DNA of 64,000 nucleotides from a virus, in the IMG/VR virus record IMGVR_UViG_3300032053_000039, positions 13,436 to 77,435 of that record, one strand, 5' to 3'. Below are positions 27,264-36,158 of this stretch, one piece after another. The first letter of the stretch is position 1, and every line of letters starts with the position of its first letter. The notes under the pieces were generated by a model. The model saw only the letters and a program-made list of their open reading frames with translations, did not search any database and had not been told where the DNA came from. A program made the position numbers and the translations under genes.

Positions 27264-27452
27264 TTATCTGTTTTTATCTTTGATTTTTGAAGTCTGCTTG
27301 CCTTGCTTTTGTATATATATTTTAAGGCAATTCTTTAGTATCCAGTTTACAGACCTATCAAGTTTCATGGACATCTTTGCTAATTCTACTATATCTTCCT
27401 TAGGAAGTTCTATGCTAACTTCCACTTTATCATCACCTCCATTCATAATCAT
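27264..27452 (-). CDS. Ribbon-helix-helix (CopG-like) protein
   Basis: VSIELPKE...LAKMS....RSVNWIL...LKIYI. Confidence 0.6.
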   Translation of the reverse strand: MIMNGGDDKVEVSIELPKEDIVELAKMSMKLDRSVNWILKNCLKIYIQKQGKQTSKIKDKNR

Positions 27453-27454
27453 TA

Positions 27455-27775
27455 TTAGTGCATATCGGTTTTATCGTTTATTATTCTATCAGAAAGATTT
27501 TTAAATAACCATAACTCTGCATCCTCTCGAGAACTAAAACTTTTAGGATGAATATAATAAAGATAGTTATAAGAATCTTTCATAGCAACAGGACACTTAG
27601 AGTTATCACAAGCACATTCTATAGATTCTCTATCATTAATGATATCTGTAATAAATATGAGATTGTATCCATTGGGAACAAGTCCATACTGTTCATGAAC
27701 AAGTGGTTCTATTATCTCAATAGACACTATCCTCTCTGTATTAATAAAAACTCCGTTACCTAAATTGAGAAGCAC
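27455..27775 (-). CDS. hypothetical protein
   Basis: 106-aa ORF (FINTERIVSI). Confidence 0.55.
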   Translation of the reverse strand: MLLNLGNGVFINTERIVSIEIIEPLVHEQYGLVPNGYNLIFITDIINDRESIECACDNSKCPVAMKDSYNYLYYIHPKSFSSREDAELWLFKNLSDRIINDKTDMH

Positions 27776-27790
27776 CTCTATGCCCCTTAT

Positions 27791-27964
27791 TTATAATATT
27801 GCTATATACTTCTCTATATTTAATCTAATAAATCTTCAAAATCTAACCAATTTTTCTCAATCATAAGAAGAATTAAATAACCAATTGGTTTTAAACGTAT
27901 CTATATTATTACGAATATATTCAATTTCATCTTTTGAAAGTAGTGTGGGTGGTATATATCGCAT
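27791..27964 (-). pseudogene. Small ORF: 35 aa to the first TGA, or 57 aa if two TGAs are read through
   Basis: MRYIPPTLLSKDEIEYIRNNIDTFKTNWLFNSSYD*EKLVRF*RFIRLNIEKYIAIL. Confidence 0.35.
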
Positions 27965-27973
27965 AAATATTGT

Positions 27974-28249
27974 TTAATCTACTAAATCCTCATAGGTTGT
28001 CCAATCTTGTTGTATACATAAAAGAACCAAGTAGCCCATTAAATCACAAATATCGTTTTTTCTTAATTCGGGACTGTTTCTTATTCTAGAAAGTTTCTCA
28101 TCACATCTATTTAATATATTATCCCCTGCTTCGCTTTTAGAGAATATTCTTATAGGAGCTATAGCAGAGTCTCCGTATCGTTTATTCTTCTCTTTTAGGA
28201 ATGTAGCAAAATTACTACAAACTTGATCTATCTTCTCTTGAGTAGTCAT
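27974..28249 (-). CDS. DUF1599-like (nucleotide-modification-associated, all-helical) protein
   Basis: KNKRYGDSA, RCDEKLSRI, DLMGYLVL. Confidence 0.7.
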   Translation of the reverse strand: MTTQEKIDQVCSNFATFLKEKNKRYGDSAIAPIRIFSKSEAGDNILNRCDEKLSRIRNSPELRKNDICDLMGYLVLLCIQQDWTTYEDLVD

Positions 28250-28713
28250 TGTGCTCTCCCATACCGATCTTTTATTCTTACAATATCTTGTTCATCATTT
28301 TCACCAAAGGCTACATCGAGAACAAGACCTTGAGGATCAGGACCCACATAAGTTGCTCTATGAATAACAAATCTATGGAAACCAAACATATCTCCTTTCT
28401 CTGCTTTTACTGTTATAATATTTTCTTTAAGAAAAAGTTCAAGATCTCCAAATCTTTTATACTCATCTTGTTCACTTAGTATTTCTTCTGGAACAGGCTT
28501 ACTGCTATAATCAATTACAAACCCTTCACTTAGAATAAGATAAAATTGATCACGTTTGAAATGATATTGCATTGAAAGAGACTCATTCTTATTTATGTAT
28601 AATATCTTAGTTGTGCATTTTTCATTGTCAGAATATAAACCGTAATATCCCCAAGGCCGGTTTTCTGTAGAGTATTTGAATGGTTCTTCTTGCTTTCCTA
28701 GAAACAATTTCAT
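28246..28713 (-). CDS. Mannose-6-phosphate isomerase-type cupin
   Basis: RPWG, LSMQYHFKR, HR, EQDIVRIKDRYGR. Confidence 0.8.
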   Translation of the reverse strand: MKLFLGKQEEPFKYSTENRPWGYYGLYSDNEKCTTKILYINKNESLSMQYHFKRDQFYLILSEGFVIDYSSKPVPEEILSEQDEYKRFGDLELFLKENIITVKAEKGDMFGFHRFVIHRATYVGPDPQGLVLDVAFGENDEQDIVRIKDRYGRAQ

Positions 28714-28737
28714 AAAGCACCTCTTACTAATATATAC

Positions 28738-29607
28738 CTAATCTTCTTCAGGTTCTGTTGGAGGTTCTGTAGGTTTAGCTTTTGCTTTTTCCGTACCTTG
28801 AATAACTCCACCTGATTTTAAAATACTATCCTCAAGAAAATTAAATTTCTCTGAAAGGGATATTCTGAGATTTTGAATAAGATTTGCATAAGCAGGATTC
28901 TTTTCAAAATCTACAAAAACTATTTGAATATCATCAAGTATCTTACTCAATACACCAAGTTTGTAGGAAAGAATAGCATTAGATAAATCATCTCGACTTA
29001 TAGGGAATAATCTTTTATCAATTATCTGCCAGGTTTTTAGAATAGAATTTTCAACTTCTTCAGCTAATTTATTCATTTGAAAAAATTCTTGAATCTCTAT
29101 ATCCTCAAGTATTCTTGTTTCTTGATGATCAGATAATTCCTTTATTCTATTCTGAATAAAATGAAGTCTCTGCCCTTTTGCTTCGAGAACTCCCTGAGCT
29201 CCTGCAAAAAGATCTATATTTCCTTCTAAGATAGAAGCAACAAGTTCTCGTGACTCCTGGTTGGTATCCTCTTTTATATTTATTATTTTTTGAACACTAG
29301 AAGATATAATATAATGATTATTAAAATGTGTAGTAAGGTTATCAACGGAAATATTTACATTATAGGATATATCACTTAAGGGTAAATGTTTTTTTGCTCT
29401 CATCATATTTATTTCCATATGATCTCGACGAGTGCAAACAATACAAGCACGACTTTTTTTTATATACTTTCCATAATAATCCATCTTATCAGGTTCAATT
29501 GTTGGAACAATAGCAGTATTAGATGTTACTGGCAGGAAGGATTCTTCCTTGGGATCTTCTGAGCACATATCTATTATATTTTTTTCATTACTAAAATCAT
29601 TATCCAT
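28738..29607 (-). CDS. hypothetical protein with CxxC..HxxxH/HTH N-terminus (possible terminase small subunit or regulator)
   Basis: CIVC...H-F-N-N-H motif followed by a helical region. Confidence 0.4.
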   Translation of the reverse strand: MDNDFSNEKNIIDMCSEDPKEESFLPVTSNTAIVPTIEPDKMDYYGKYIKKSRACIVCTRRDHMEINMMRAKKHLPLSDISYNVNISVDNLTTHFNNHYIISSSVQKIINIKEDTNQESRELVASILEGNIDLFAGAQGVLEAKGQRLHFIQNRIKELSDHQETRILEDIEIQEFFQMNKLAEEVENSILKTWQIIDKRLFPISRDDLSNAILSYKLGVLSKILDDIQIVFVDFEKNPAYANLIQNLRISLSEKFNFLEDSILKSGGVIQGTEKAKAKPTEPPTEPEED

Positions 29608-29992
29608 TTCGCAATACCTTCGCTGTAACTATTCTTATTTTATCACCAGTATAAGAAGTATTTTTATTTATTGATAATATTATCTTATCTTCTTCTACTA
29701 GAGGATAGACATCGATAAAAGAAAATTTCGATTTATCTAGTTCTGATATATGCTTACAAACTTTTAAAATATCTTTTATTGATATATCTTTCTTATCCAT
29801 TATTTCAAGAAAGTCAGCTAAGGATATAAACGTCTCATTTTTCTGTTCTAATATAGTTTCATATTCTATTTCATCTAATTTCTTTGATTTTTTATTTATA
29901 TCTTGAGATAACTCTGCAGCATCTTTAATATAAGATGTTAGCTTTGATGGGGATTTACCTCTGGACTTTAATTTATTGAAAAGTGGAAACAT
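29600..29992 (-). CDS. hypothetical protein
   Basis: Packed ORF. Confidence 0.55.
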   Translation of the reverse strand: MFPLFNKLKSRGKSPSKLTSYIKDAAELSQDINKKSKKLDEIEYETILEQKNETFISLADFLEIMDKKDISIKDILKVCKHISELDKSKFSFIDVYPLVEEDKIILSINKNTSYTGDKIRIVTAKVLRNG

Positions 29993-31443
29993 TAGCTCTC
30001 TTTAACTATAAGCAATGTATTCTCTATTCTTGGGTTTTCTATAGGAAATACAGAAAAGAAATTATTAAAGTATAATCCAAAGTAATCTGTGAGTACCTGA
30101 CGAGAAGCAAGAGCTTGTATTACATATATATTATTATTTGGAAACTGCTCCATAAGATTTGAAGCCAGGTTAGTCGTATGATATCCAAAGAAGTATCTTA
30201 GATAATTGGCTATAATTGTTACCGGAAGTGGTTGAAGACTAGAAGATAAATGAGTTACGATTGTATTATTTTCTATATTGCTTATAGTAGCATCTGCATA
30301 AGAGTGAGATTGCTCGAATTTGAGTTGCTTATCTAAATTTTTAGATTTTATACCTTTAAGTTTTGTCTCATGATTGAGCATTTCTTTAAAAAGAATATCT
30401 TGCTCAGCATTAAGTTGATTTATTCTAGTATCAATACTACTAAGATCAGTATCTTTATAGCTATCTATTCTTTGAATTTCTTTACTAAGAATTTCTATAT
30501 TAGAACCGGATGTCCTTACAAGAAGAGATATATCTTTGAGAGTTTTTTCTACAGAGGTTCTGTCATGATCGAATACTATTTTTTTGTCATGAAGATATCT
30601 TAAATCTTCATCATTTCCACCTCTATCTACCATAAAAGAAAGTTCAGCATCAATATCTTTTATTATGTTATTAAGTTGAAGCAACCTATCTTCGTATGTT
30701 TTTTTCGATTCTGATAGCATTTGATTTTCTATAGCGAATTTTTCTCTTTCTTGCATAAGAGATTCTCTGTTATTCACCTTCTCAAACATCTCGCTTTTGT
30801 TGTTTTGAAGATTCTCTCTTTCCATCTTTATATGTTCTATTCTTGTTAATACCTGAGAAATCTTTTCTTCGAGAGAATCTATAAGGAGTTTCTCTGTCAT
30901 AATATTTTTTTGATTTATACCTTGACTCTCTACCTCAAATTTAGAAATCTTTGTTCCAAACTTTTTCTCCAATGCAGGAAATATTCCTTTCACTGGATTT
31001 TTAAATTTATCTATAAAACTAAATATTGAGTCATATTCAAAGAATATATCCCTAACAGGATGAGTCATAAAAAATAAATGAAAATAGTCTTTTATAAAAT
31101 TTATTTCATCTGGTATTGTAGTTCCTTCTGAATTACAAATAACCAAATGCTCAGCGTCTTTATAAGACATTCCTATTGTAACAACTACTGATTTTGGAAG
31201 AGTGTAGTAATTTCCAAAAGCGTTCTTTATAAGCTCAACAACATAAAGTGGTATTGTTTCGTCTTTGGAAAAATTGATCATTGAGGTAGTATCAGCATCT
31301 TTATCATTGTATATAAAATACAACCATTTCAAGTCATTTAATTTATAAAGGTTTTCTTCAATTCTAGAGAATATGGTTTCATACACTGAATCAGAAAGGC
31401 CTGTATAGTCACGAAAATCTTTATAGATGTTCTTTTTTATCAT
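29992..31443 (-). CDS. hypothetical long coiled-coil protein
   Basis: Central heptad-rich region; adjacent to SbcC. Confidence 0.65.
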   Translation of the reverse strand: MIKKNIYKDFRDYTGLSDSVYETIFSRIEENLYKLNDLKWLYFIYNDKDADTTSMINFSKDETIPLYVVELIKNAFGNYYTLPKSVVVTIGMSYKDAEHLVICNSEGTTIPDEINFIKDYFHLFFMTHPVRDIFFEYDSIFSFIDKFKNPVKGIFPALEKKFGTKISKFEVESQGINQKNIMTEKLLIDSLEEKISQVLTRIEHIKMERENLQNNKSEMFEKVNNRESLMQEREKFAIENQMLSESKKTYEDRLLQLNNIIKDIDAELSFMVDRGGNDEDLRYLHDKKIVFDHDRTSVEKTLKDISLLVRTSGSNIEILSKEIQRIDSYKDTDLSSIDTRINQLNAEQDILFKEMLNHETKLKGIKSKNLDKQLKFEQSHSYADATISNIENNTIVTHLSSSLQPLPVTIIANYLRYFFGYHTTNLASNLMEQFPNNNIYVIQALASRQVLTDYFGLYFNNFFSVFPIENPRIENTLLIVKES

Positions 31444-31461
31444 ATAATCTCCAATTAATTT

Positions 31462-33552
31462 TTAATTGATATAACTAATTTCATTTTGATCCATATGGAT
31501 AGTTATTAAGTTGGGAAAAGATTCTGCATCTTCCGTATGTGTAATAACTAATATTTGATTAAAGGATTCCGATATTAAAGTCAATATTTTTTTAACCAAC
31601 GTCCGGTTTTCTTCATCAAGAGCCCCAAAAGGTTCATCCATGACTATAAACTGAATGTTAGACATTGTTTGCTGAGTTATAACTTTAGAGAACCCCAGTC
31701 GTAACCCGATATTAACGATTGTTTTTTGTCCTCCAGAGAGTCTTTTATAGCTTCGATACTTGCCATTTTTCTCAAATCCTATTACGATTGGACTGTTCTT
31801 TTTAGAGGTATCCTCATATATTTTTACTACAAGATTCGGCATTACATGTTGTATTATTTCATTAGAAAATTGTTCTATAGAGGCAATAGACTCATTAAAT
31901 ATATTCTTTGGTATTTCTAAGAATATTTTATAAAGTTCATCATTTACAGATTTCTCTTCTTTGTAGGAATTCAGTAACTTCTTTTCAGAATCTATTTGAT
32001 TATCTAGATCTTTCTTCGACTTTTCTTTCTCTAGAAGAGAGCCTAATTCTAGGGATAAACTATTTAAGGACTTATCTATATTGGTAAGTTCTATTGTTTT
32101 TTGTTTTAGTTCAGATTCATTAAACTGTATTTTAGAAAGTGTTTCCTCAAGGGATTTTATATCTAGTTCGAGGACGCTTATCTTTTCTATTTTATTGAGT
32201 TTGTTTTCTTCAAAAGAGCTTAACTGAGATTTACAAATATCTAAGTTGTTTTTACAAGAGTTGTAATCTATAATATTTCTATTCTTTCTATCTTCCAAGG
32301 TCTTTATTTTTAGTTCACTGTTTTCTATAGATAATTTTAATTGCCCTTTTTCAGTTTTTATTATATCTAACGATTTCAAAATATCTAGTTTTGATTTATT
32401 AAGGGGTTCAAGAGTTTTATTAATAGAATCCAATTGATTAGATACTTTTAAATTTTCTTCTTGAAGATGATCTTCAGTAACTTCTTGCTTACAAGTAGGG
32501 CATACTCCAGATCCTATATTAAGTTTTTGAGATTCTAGATTCTTAATATCTTGATTAATCCGAGCAATTTCTACAGCTAGATTGTTGTTTTTATCTTTTA
32601 ATTCTTGCTCCTCACTTTCCTTGAATTCAAGATTGTCTTTAAATTTTAGCAAGTCCTCTGTATATCCATTAATTTCAGGTTCTACATCTTCCAAATTAAA
32701 TGAATTCAATTTTAAAGATAATTCTTCTTCAATCTTTTTTGTAGCATCTATCTTAGTTACTATCCCTTCTAGATCTCTGCTCTCTGATATAAGAGAGGAT
32801 TTTTTTAAAGATAGCATATCAAGATCAGATTTATATTTATAAAACTCTTGTATGAATTCATTAGCTTCTATTTTTCTTTTATATAAATTTTCTATGTTTT
32901 TTTCAAGAGGTTCCTTTTTGAATAGGGATTCTCCTATACTTTTTGATTTCTCTTCCCAAATTGTTATATTATTTTGAGAGCTTAAAATTGAGTCGGATAA
33001 TTTTTTTATATCTTTTGATATATCCTTGCTAAGGGTCCTCCATATTTCCATATCGAGAACTTTGTTTATATAGTTTCTTCTCTCTTCAGGACTTGTCTTA
33101 TTATTATCTATAAATTTATCCATATTCATCTGTTCAAAGAAGACAGATGCGGTAAACATATCATAATCCATTCCTATTATTCTATTTATATGCTCTTGGG
33201 TTGTATCTATTTTATCACCAAGTCTTACGTCTTCTTGAAATAGATCCAGGTATGAAGCTCCTTTATTTATGCCTCTTTCACAAGTATATGCTTGCCCATC
33301 CTTAATAAATTTAACCCTTACGTACATTGAATCAGAAGTATCATTAACAAATTCTAATATTTTATCAGCCTCTCCTTCTCCATAAAGAGCGTATATTATA
33401 GACATTACTAAAGAGCTTTTACCACAGCCGTTGCTCTTACCAGTAGCATCATCAAAAACTCCAACTATTCCAGTAATACCTTCTGGTATTTGAACAAGGG
33501 TATAATTTTTATAAGAACTATAACCTTCAAGTTCAATAGTTTCTATCTTCAT
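31462..33552 (-). CDS. SbcC/Rad50 (gp46-like) ATPase
   Basis: SNGCGKSS, zinc hook CPTC, LSGGQ, MDEPFGALD, ITH. Confidence 0.93.
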   Translation of the reverse strand: MKIETIELEGYSSYKNYTLVQIPEGITGIVGVFDDATGKSNGCGKSSLVMSIIYALYGEGEADKILEFVNDTSDSMYVRVKFIKDGQAYTCERGINKGASYLDLFQEDVRLGDKIDTTQEHINRIIGMDYDMFTASVFFEQMNMDKFIDNNKTSPEERRNYINKVLDMEIWRTLSKDISKDIKKLSDSILSSQNNITIWEEKSKSIGESLFKKEPLEKNIENLYKRKIEANEFIQEFYKYKSDLDMLSLKKSSLISESRDLEGIVTKIDATKKIEEELSLKLNSFNLEDVEPEINGYTEDLLKFKDNLEFKESEEQELKDKNNNLAVEIARINQDIKNLESQKLNIGSGVCPTCKQEVTEDHLQEENLKVSNQLDSINKTLEPLNKSKLDILKSLDIIKTEKGQLKLSIENSELKIKTLEDRKNRNIIDYNSCKNNLDICKSQLSSFEENKLNKIEKISVLELDIKSLEETLSKIQFNESELKQKTIELTNIDKSLNSLSLELGSLLEKEKSKKDLDNQIDSEKKLLNSYKEEKSVNDELYKIFLEIPKNIFNESIASIEQFSNEIIQHVMPNLVVKIYEDTSKKNSPIVIGFEKNGKYRSYKRLSGGQKTIVNIGLRLGFSKVITQQTMSNIQFIVMDEPFGALDEENRTLVKKILTLISESFNQILVITHTEDAESFPNLITIHMDQNEISYIN

Positions 33553-33553
33553 A

Positions 33554-34672
33554 TTATTTATCCTTATTTATCTCTGCATAAGATTCAATACGTTTAATAC
33601 CACAGCTTATAATCTTTTCTTTATCTAGATCTGTTTTATAATTATTAACATAATCCCTAAATATATCATAACTGCTTTTTCTTGTATTTATAAAAATACT
33701 GTCAGAACCTGTATTTTCTTTTTTATCTCTCTTTTTAATACTTCCAATAAGGCATTCTCGATCTTTAAAGAATTTATATATTTCTGTAATATTTAATTTT
33801 TCTTCAAATAAATGATCTATAAAAATAACGGATCCTAGTAATATTCTTGATGATTTAAAAAATTCTAGAGGATCTATTCCATCTGGTACAGAGTATCTTA
33901 AAAACTTTCTTATTCCTGGTATTTCTTCAAAGTAAGAATTTCCATCTTTATCTATAAGGCAAAATCCTTTTTTAAGTCCTATGTCTGTAGCATCCATATA
34001 GGATGTTGATCCAGGGTAGATAACAGATACATTTCCTTTTACATAATTTTGGGCTGTGTGGATATGACCTAGAAGAAATAAAAACTTTCTATCTTTAAAT
34101 ACATCTGCATCAAGAAGATAAACTCCCCGAGACAGCATTCGGCTTTCAGATCCTATACGGCTAGAATACTCTTGAATATGTGATACGATCATAGTTCTGT
34201 CTCTTGCAGAAGAGATGGCCATCTCAAGTTCTTGATTGACAAAGGCATCCTTATCCTTAAGACTTTTATTTGGGACATACGGTATAAATTTAACATTCCA
34301 ATCGTACCAATTAAAATTGTGGTTTTCTTCGTAGATAAACTTTATATTTTTAAGTTTCAGTTTACTTCCAAAAATCATTCCATGATGGTACATAGAAGTA
34401 TCATGATTTCCTGTAATAATATATACGGGTTTATTCAAAGAATCCATATTAAAAAGCCATTCTGCCAAAAATTGAACATTCGGTGGGGTAGGATGGTTTG
34501 TATGAGTCATATCTCCACCAAAGATTATAGTATTAATATCATCCTTTTTACCTCTTTCAAATATATAATCAAGAGCCTTCATAGCATCAAGTTCTGCTGA
34601 ATATATTCCGTTAGAGTCCTGAATTGAATGAGATCTTAATCCTAGATGAATATCACTGAAAAAAAGTATCAT
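33554..34672 (-). CDS. SbcD/Mre11 (gp47-like) nuclease
   Basis: SDIHLG, GGD, GNHD, SH, GHIH, YPGS. Confidence 0.92.
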   Translation of the reverse strand: MILFFSDIHLGLRSHSIQDSNGIYSAELDAMKALDYIFERGKKDDINTIIFGGDMTHTNHPTPPNVQFLAEWLFNMDSLNKPVYIITGNHDTSMYHHGMIFGSKLKLKNIKFIYEENHNFNWYDWNVKFIPYVPNKSLKDKDAFVNQELEMAISSARDRTMIVSHIQEYSSRIGSESRMLSRGVYLLDADVFKDRKFLFLLGHIHTAQNYVKGNVSVIYPGSTSYMDATDIGLKKGFCLIDKDGNSYFEEIPGIRKFLRYSVPDGIDPLEFFKSSRILLGSVIFIDHLFEEKLNITEIYKFFKDRECLIGSIKKRDKKENTGSDSIFINTRKSSYDIFRDYVNNYKTDLDKEKIISCGIKRIESYAEINKDK

Positions 34673-35697
34673 TTAATTTTCTCCCTTATTTCAAGTTTCT
34701 CCAGTATTTCAAGGTTAATTATATCTAATCCCTTAAGTATCCCTGATTTTGAAGAATTAAGAACGTATCTATGTGATACTTTAATCAAAGATAAGAGGAG
34801 CATAGCATAGTAACTAAATAATTTAGAGGTATAATAATCATTTTCTGTGTGAGGATCAAAGTACTTAAGTTCTTTTTTTACTTCATATTTTATAACTTCT
34901 TTTTTAGAAATTCCTAAGGCACGAGCTCTTCTTTCAAGATAGTCCTTACAATAATATTTTTTATGAGTATATGCTAGATCGTATCCTGATAAAATAATAC
35001 AACTAGGATCAAGAAGAACCGATATTATAAACATTGCATTTCCGACCCATCCGTTATTTTGGACATAAGGGTACTTTCTTGTCTTCCATGTCATTTTCTT
35101 TAGTACTAAATTTTTATATCGAATAGTATCTGATTGATTAAAAAATAATATTTTTCCTTTCCAGGCTTTTAGTGCTTCGGGGTTTAGTGTCGAAGATGCA
35201 ACTAGTATTAAATCAGAAGTATCTAGATCATGCCAAAAGAATTTAATTAGTATTGATGGATCTAAAGATACTACAAGATTTGGTTTTATTTTATTTTTTA
35301 GACAATTATAAAGAACGGCATCTTGACAGATTATATAAAAATTGTGGGTCATTTTTTTAATAACCTTTATATCTTTATCAAGAGAAGGTCCATCTGCAAG
35401 AAGAATAACTGGTATGTTTCTTGATAATCTTTTCTTTAAGATTTCCAAAGAATCAACCCTTGTTGTTATTTTAAATATTCCTAATTTTAAATTTTCTGTG
35501 TAATTATCTCTCCATGTTTTTATAAAAGGATCTTTCTTTACCAATTCTATTTCTTTGGGTATTGATCTTATTTCTTTTATACAGGAATAAATTAATTTTA
35601 TACATTTTAATAAATAAAAAATAAAATTTATTCCAAACAGCTTAAGATACTTTATAGTTTTTTTGAAATATCTTTCCAATCTATTAAAGAACCACAT
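34669..35697 (-). CDS. Maf/DUF115 (MptE-like) family protein, putative glycosyltransferase
   Basis: ILLADGPSLDKDI, IICQDAV, VVSLDP, ILSGYDLAY. Confidence 0.7.
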   Translation of the reverse strand: MWFFNRLERYFKKTIKYLKLFGINFIFYLLKCIKLIYSCIKEIRSIPKEIELVKKDPFIKTWRDNYTENLKLGIFKITTRVDSLEILKKRLSRNIPVILLADGPSLDKDIKVIKKMTHNFYIICQDAVLYNCLKNKIKPNLVVSLDPSILIKFFWHDLDTSDLILVASSTLNPEALKAWKGKILFFNQSDTIRYKNLVLKKMTWKTRKYPYVQNNGWVGNAMFIISVLLDPSCIILSGYDLAYTHKKYYCKDYLERRARALGISKKEVIKYEVKKELKYFDPHTENDYYTSKLFSYYAMLLLSLIKVSHRYVLNSSKSGILKGLDIINLEILEKLEIREKIK

Positions 35698-36158
35698 TTA
35701 GAACACTCCATAGTCCAAGCATCAATGATATTACTGCAGCTACATGTATAATCCCAATTTAGATATTCTGTACCCATACCCTCTCTAACTTTCTTATATT
35801 TCGTAGGTGTAGCTAATTTAATTTCTTTTTTATCGGAAGAAAGACCTGGCTTTTTTATTTGTTTTAAATTTTCTACAACAGCATTAAAATATTTTAACGA
35901 ATGCGTTTTAACTAATCCTTTTTCCCAATCTTCTTTAAAATATTTTACACATTCTACAAGTCTATCTTTACCTACTTTTTCTACCAACATTGATATATTT
36001 GTTATCTTGTCCTGTTTCGTTATTTTTTTCTCTGCACCTTCTCTTTTAAATTTAGTATAATCGAAAAATGAATTATAAAATCTACAAACAATATCTCCAT
36101 CTTCCCTTCCAAATGTTTTATGACAAAACTCTCTAAATCCTTCGAATACCTCTCTCAT
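35652..36158 (-). CDS. Paralog of the replication initiator C-terminal domain with zinc ribbon
   Basis: KYF...YTCSC...CSKCGSLIDW versus the initiator's KYF...YVCKC...CSVCGTEVDY. Confidence 0.6.
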   Translation of the reverse strand: MREVFEGFREFCHKTFGREDGDIVCRFYNSFFDYTKFKREGAEKKITKQDKITNISMLVEKVGKDRLVECVKYFKEDWEKGLVKTHSLKYFNAVVENLKQIKKPGLSSDKKEIKLATPTKYKKVREGMGTEYLNWDYTCSCSNIIDAWTMECSKCGSLIDWKDISKKL

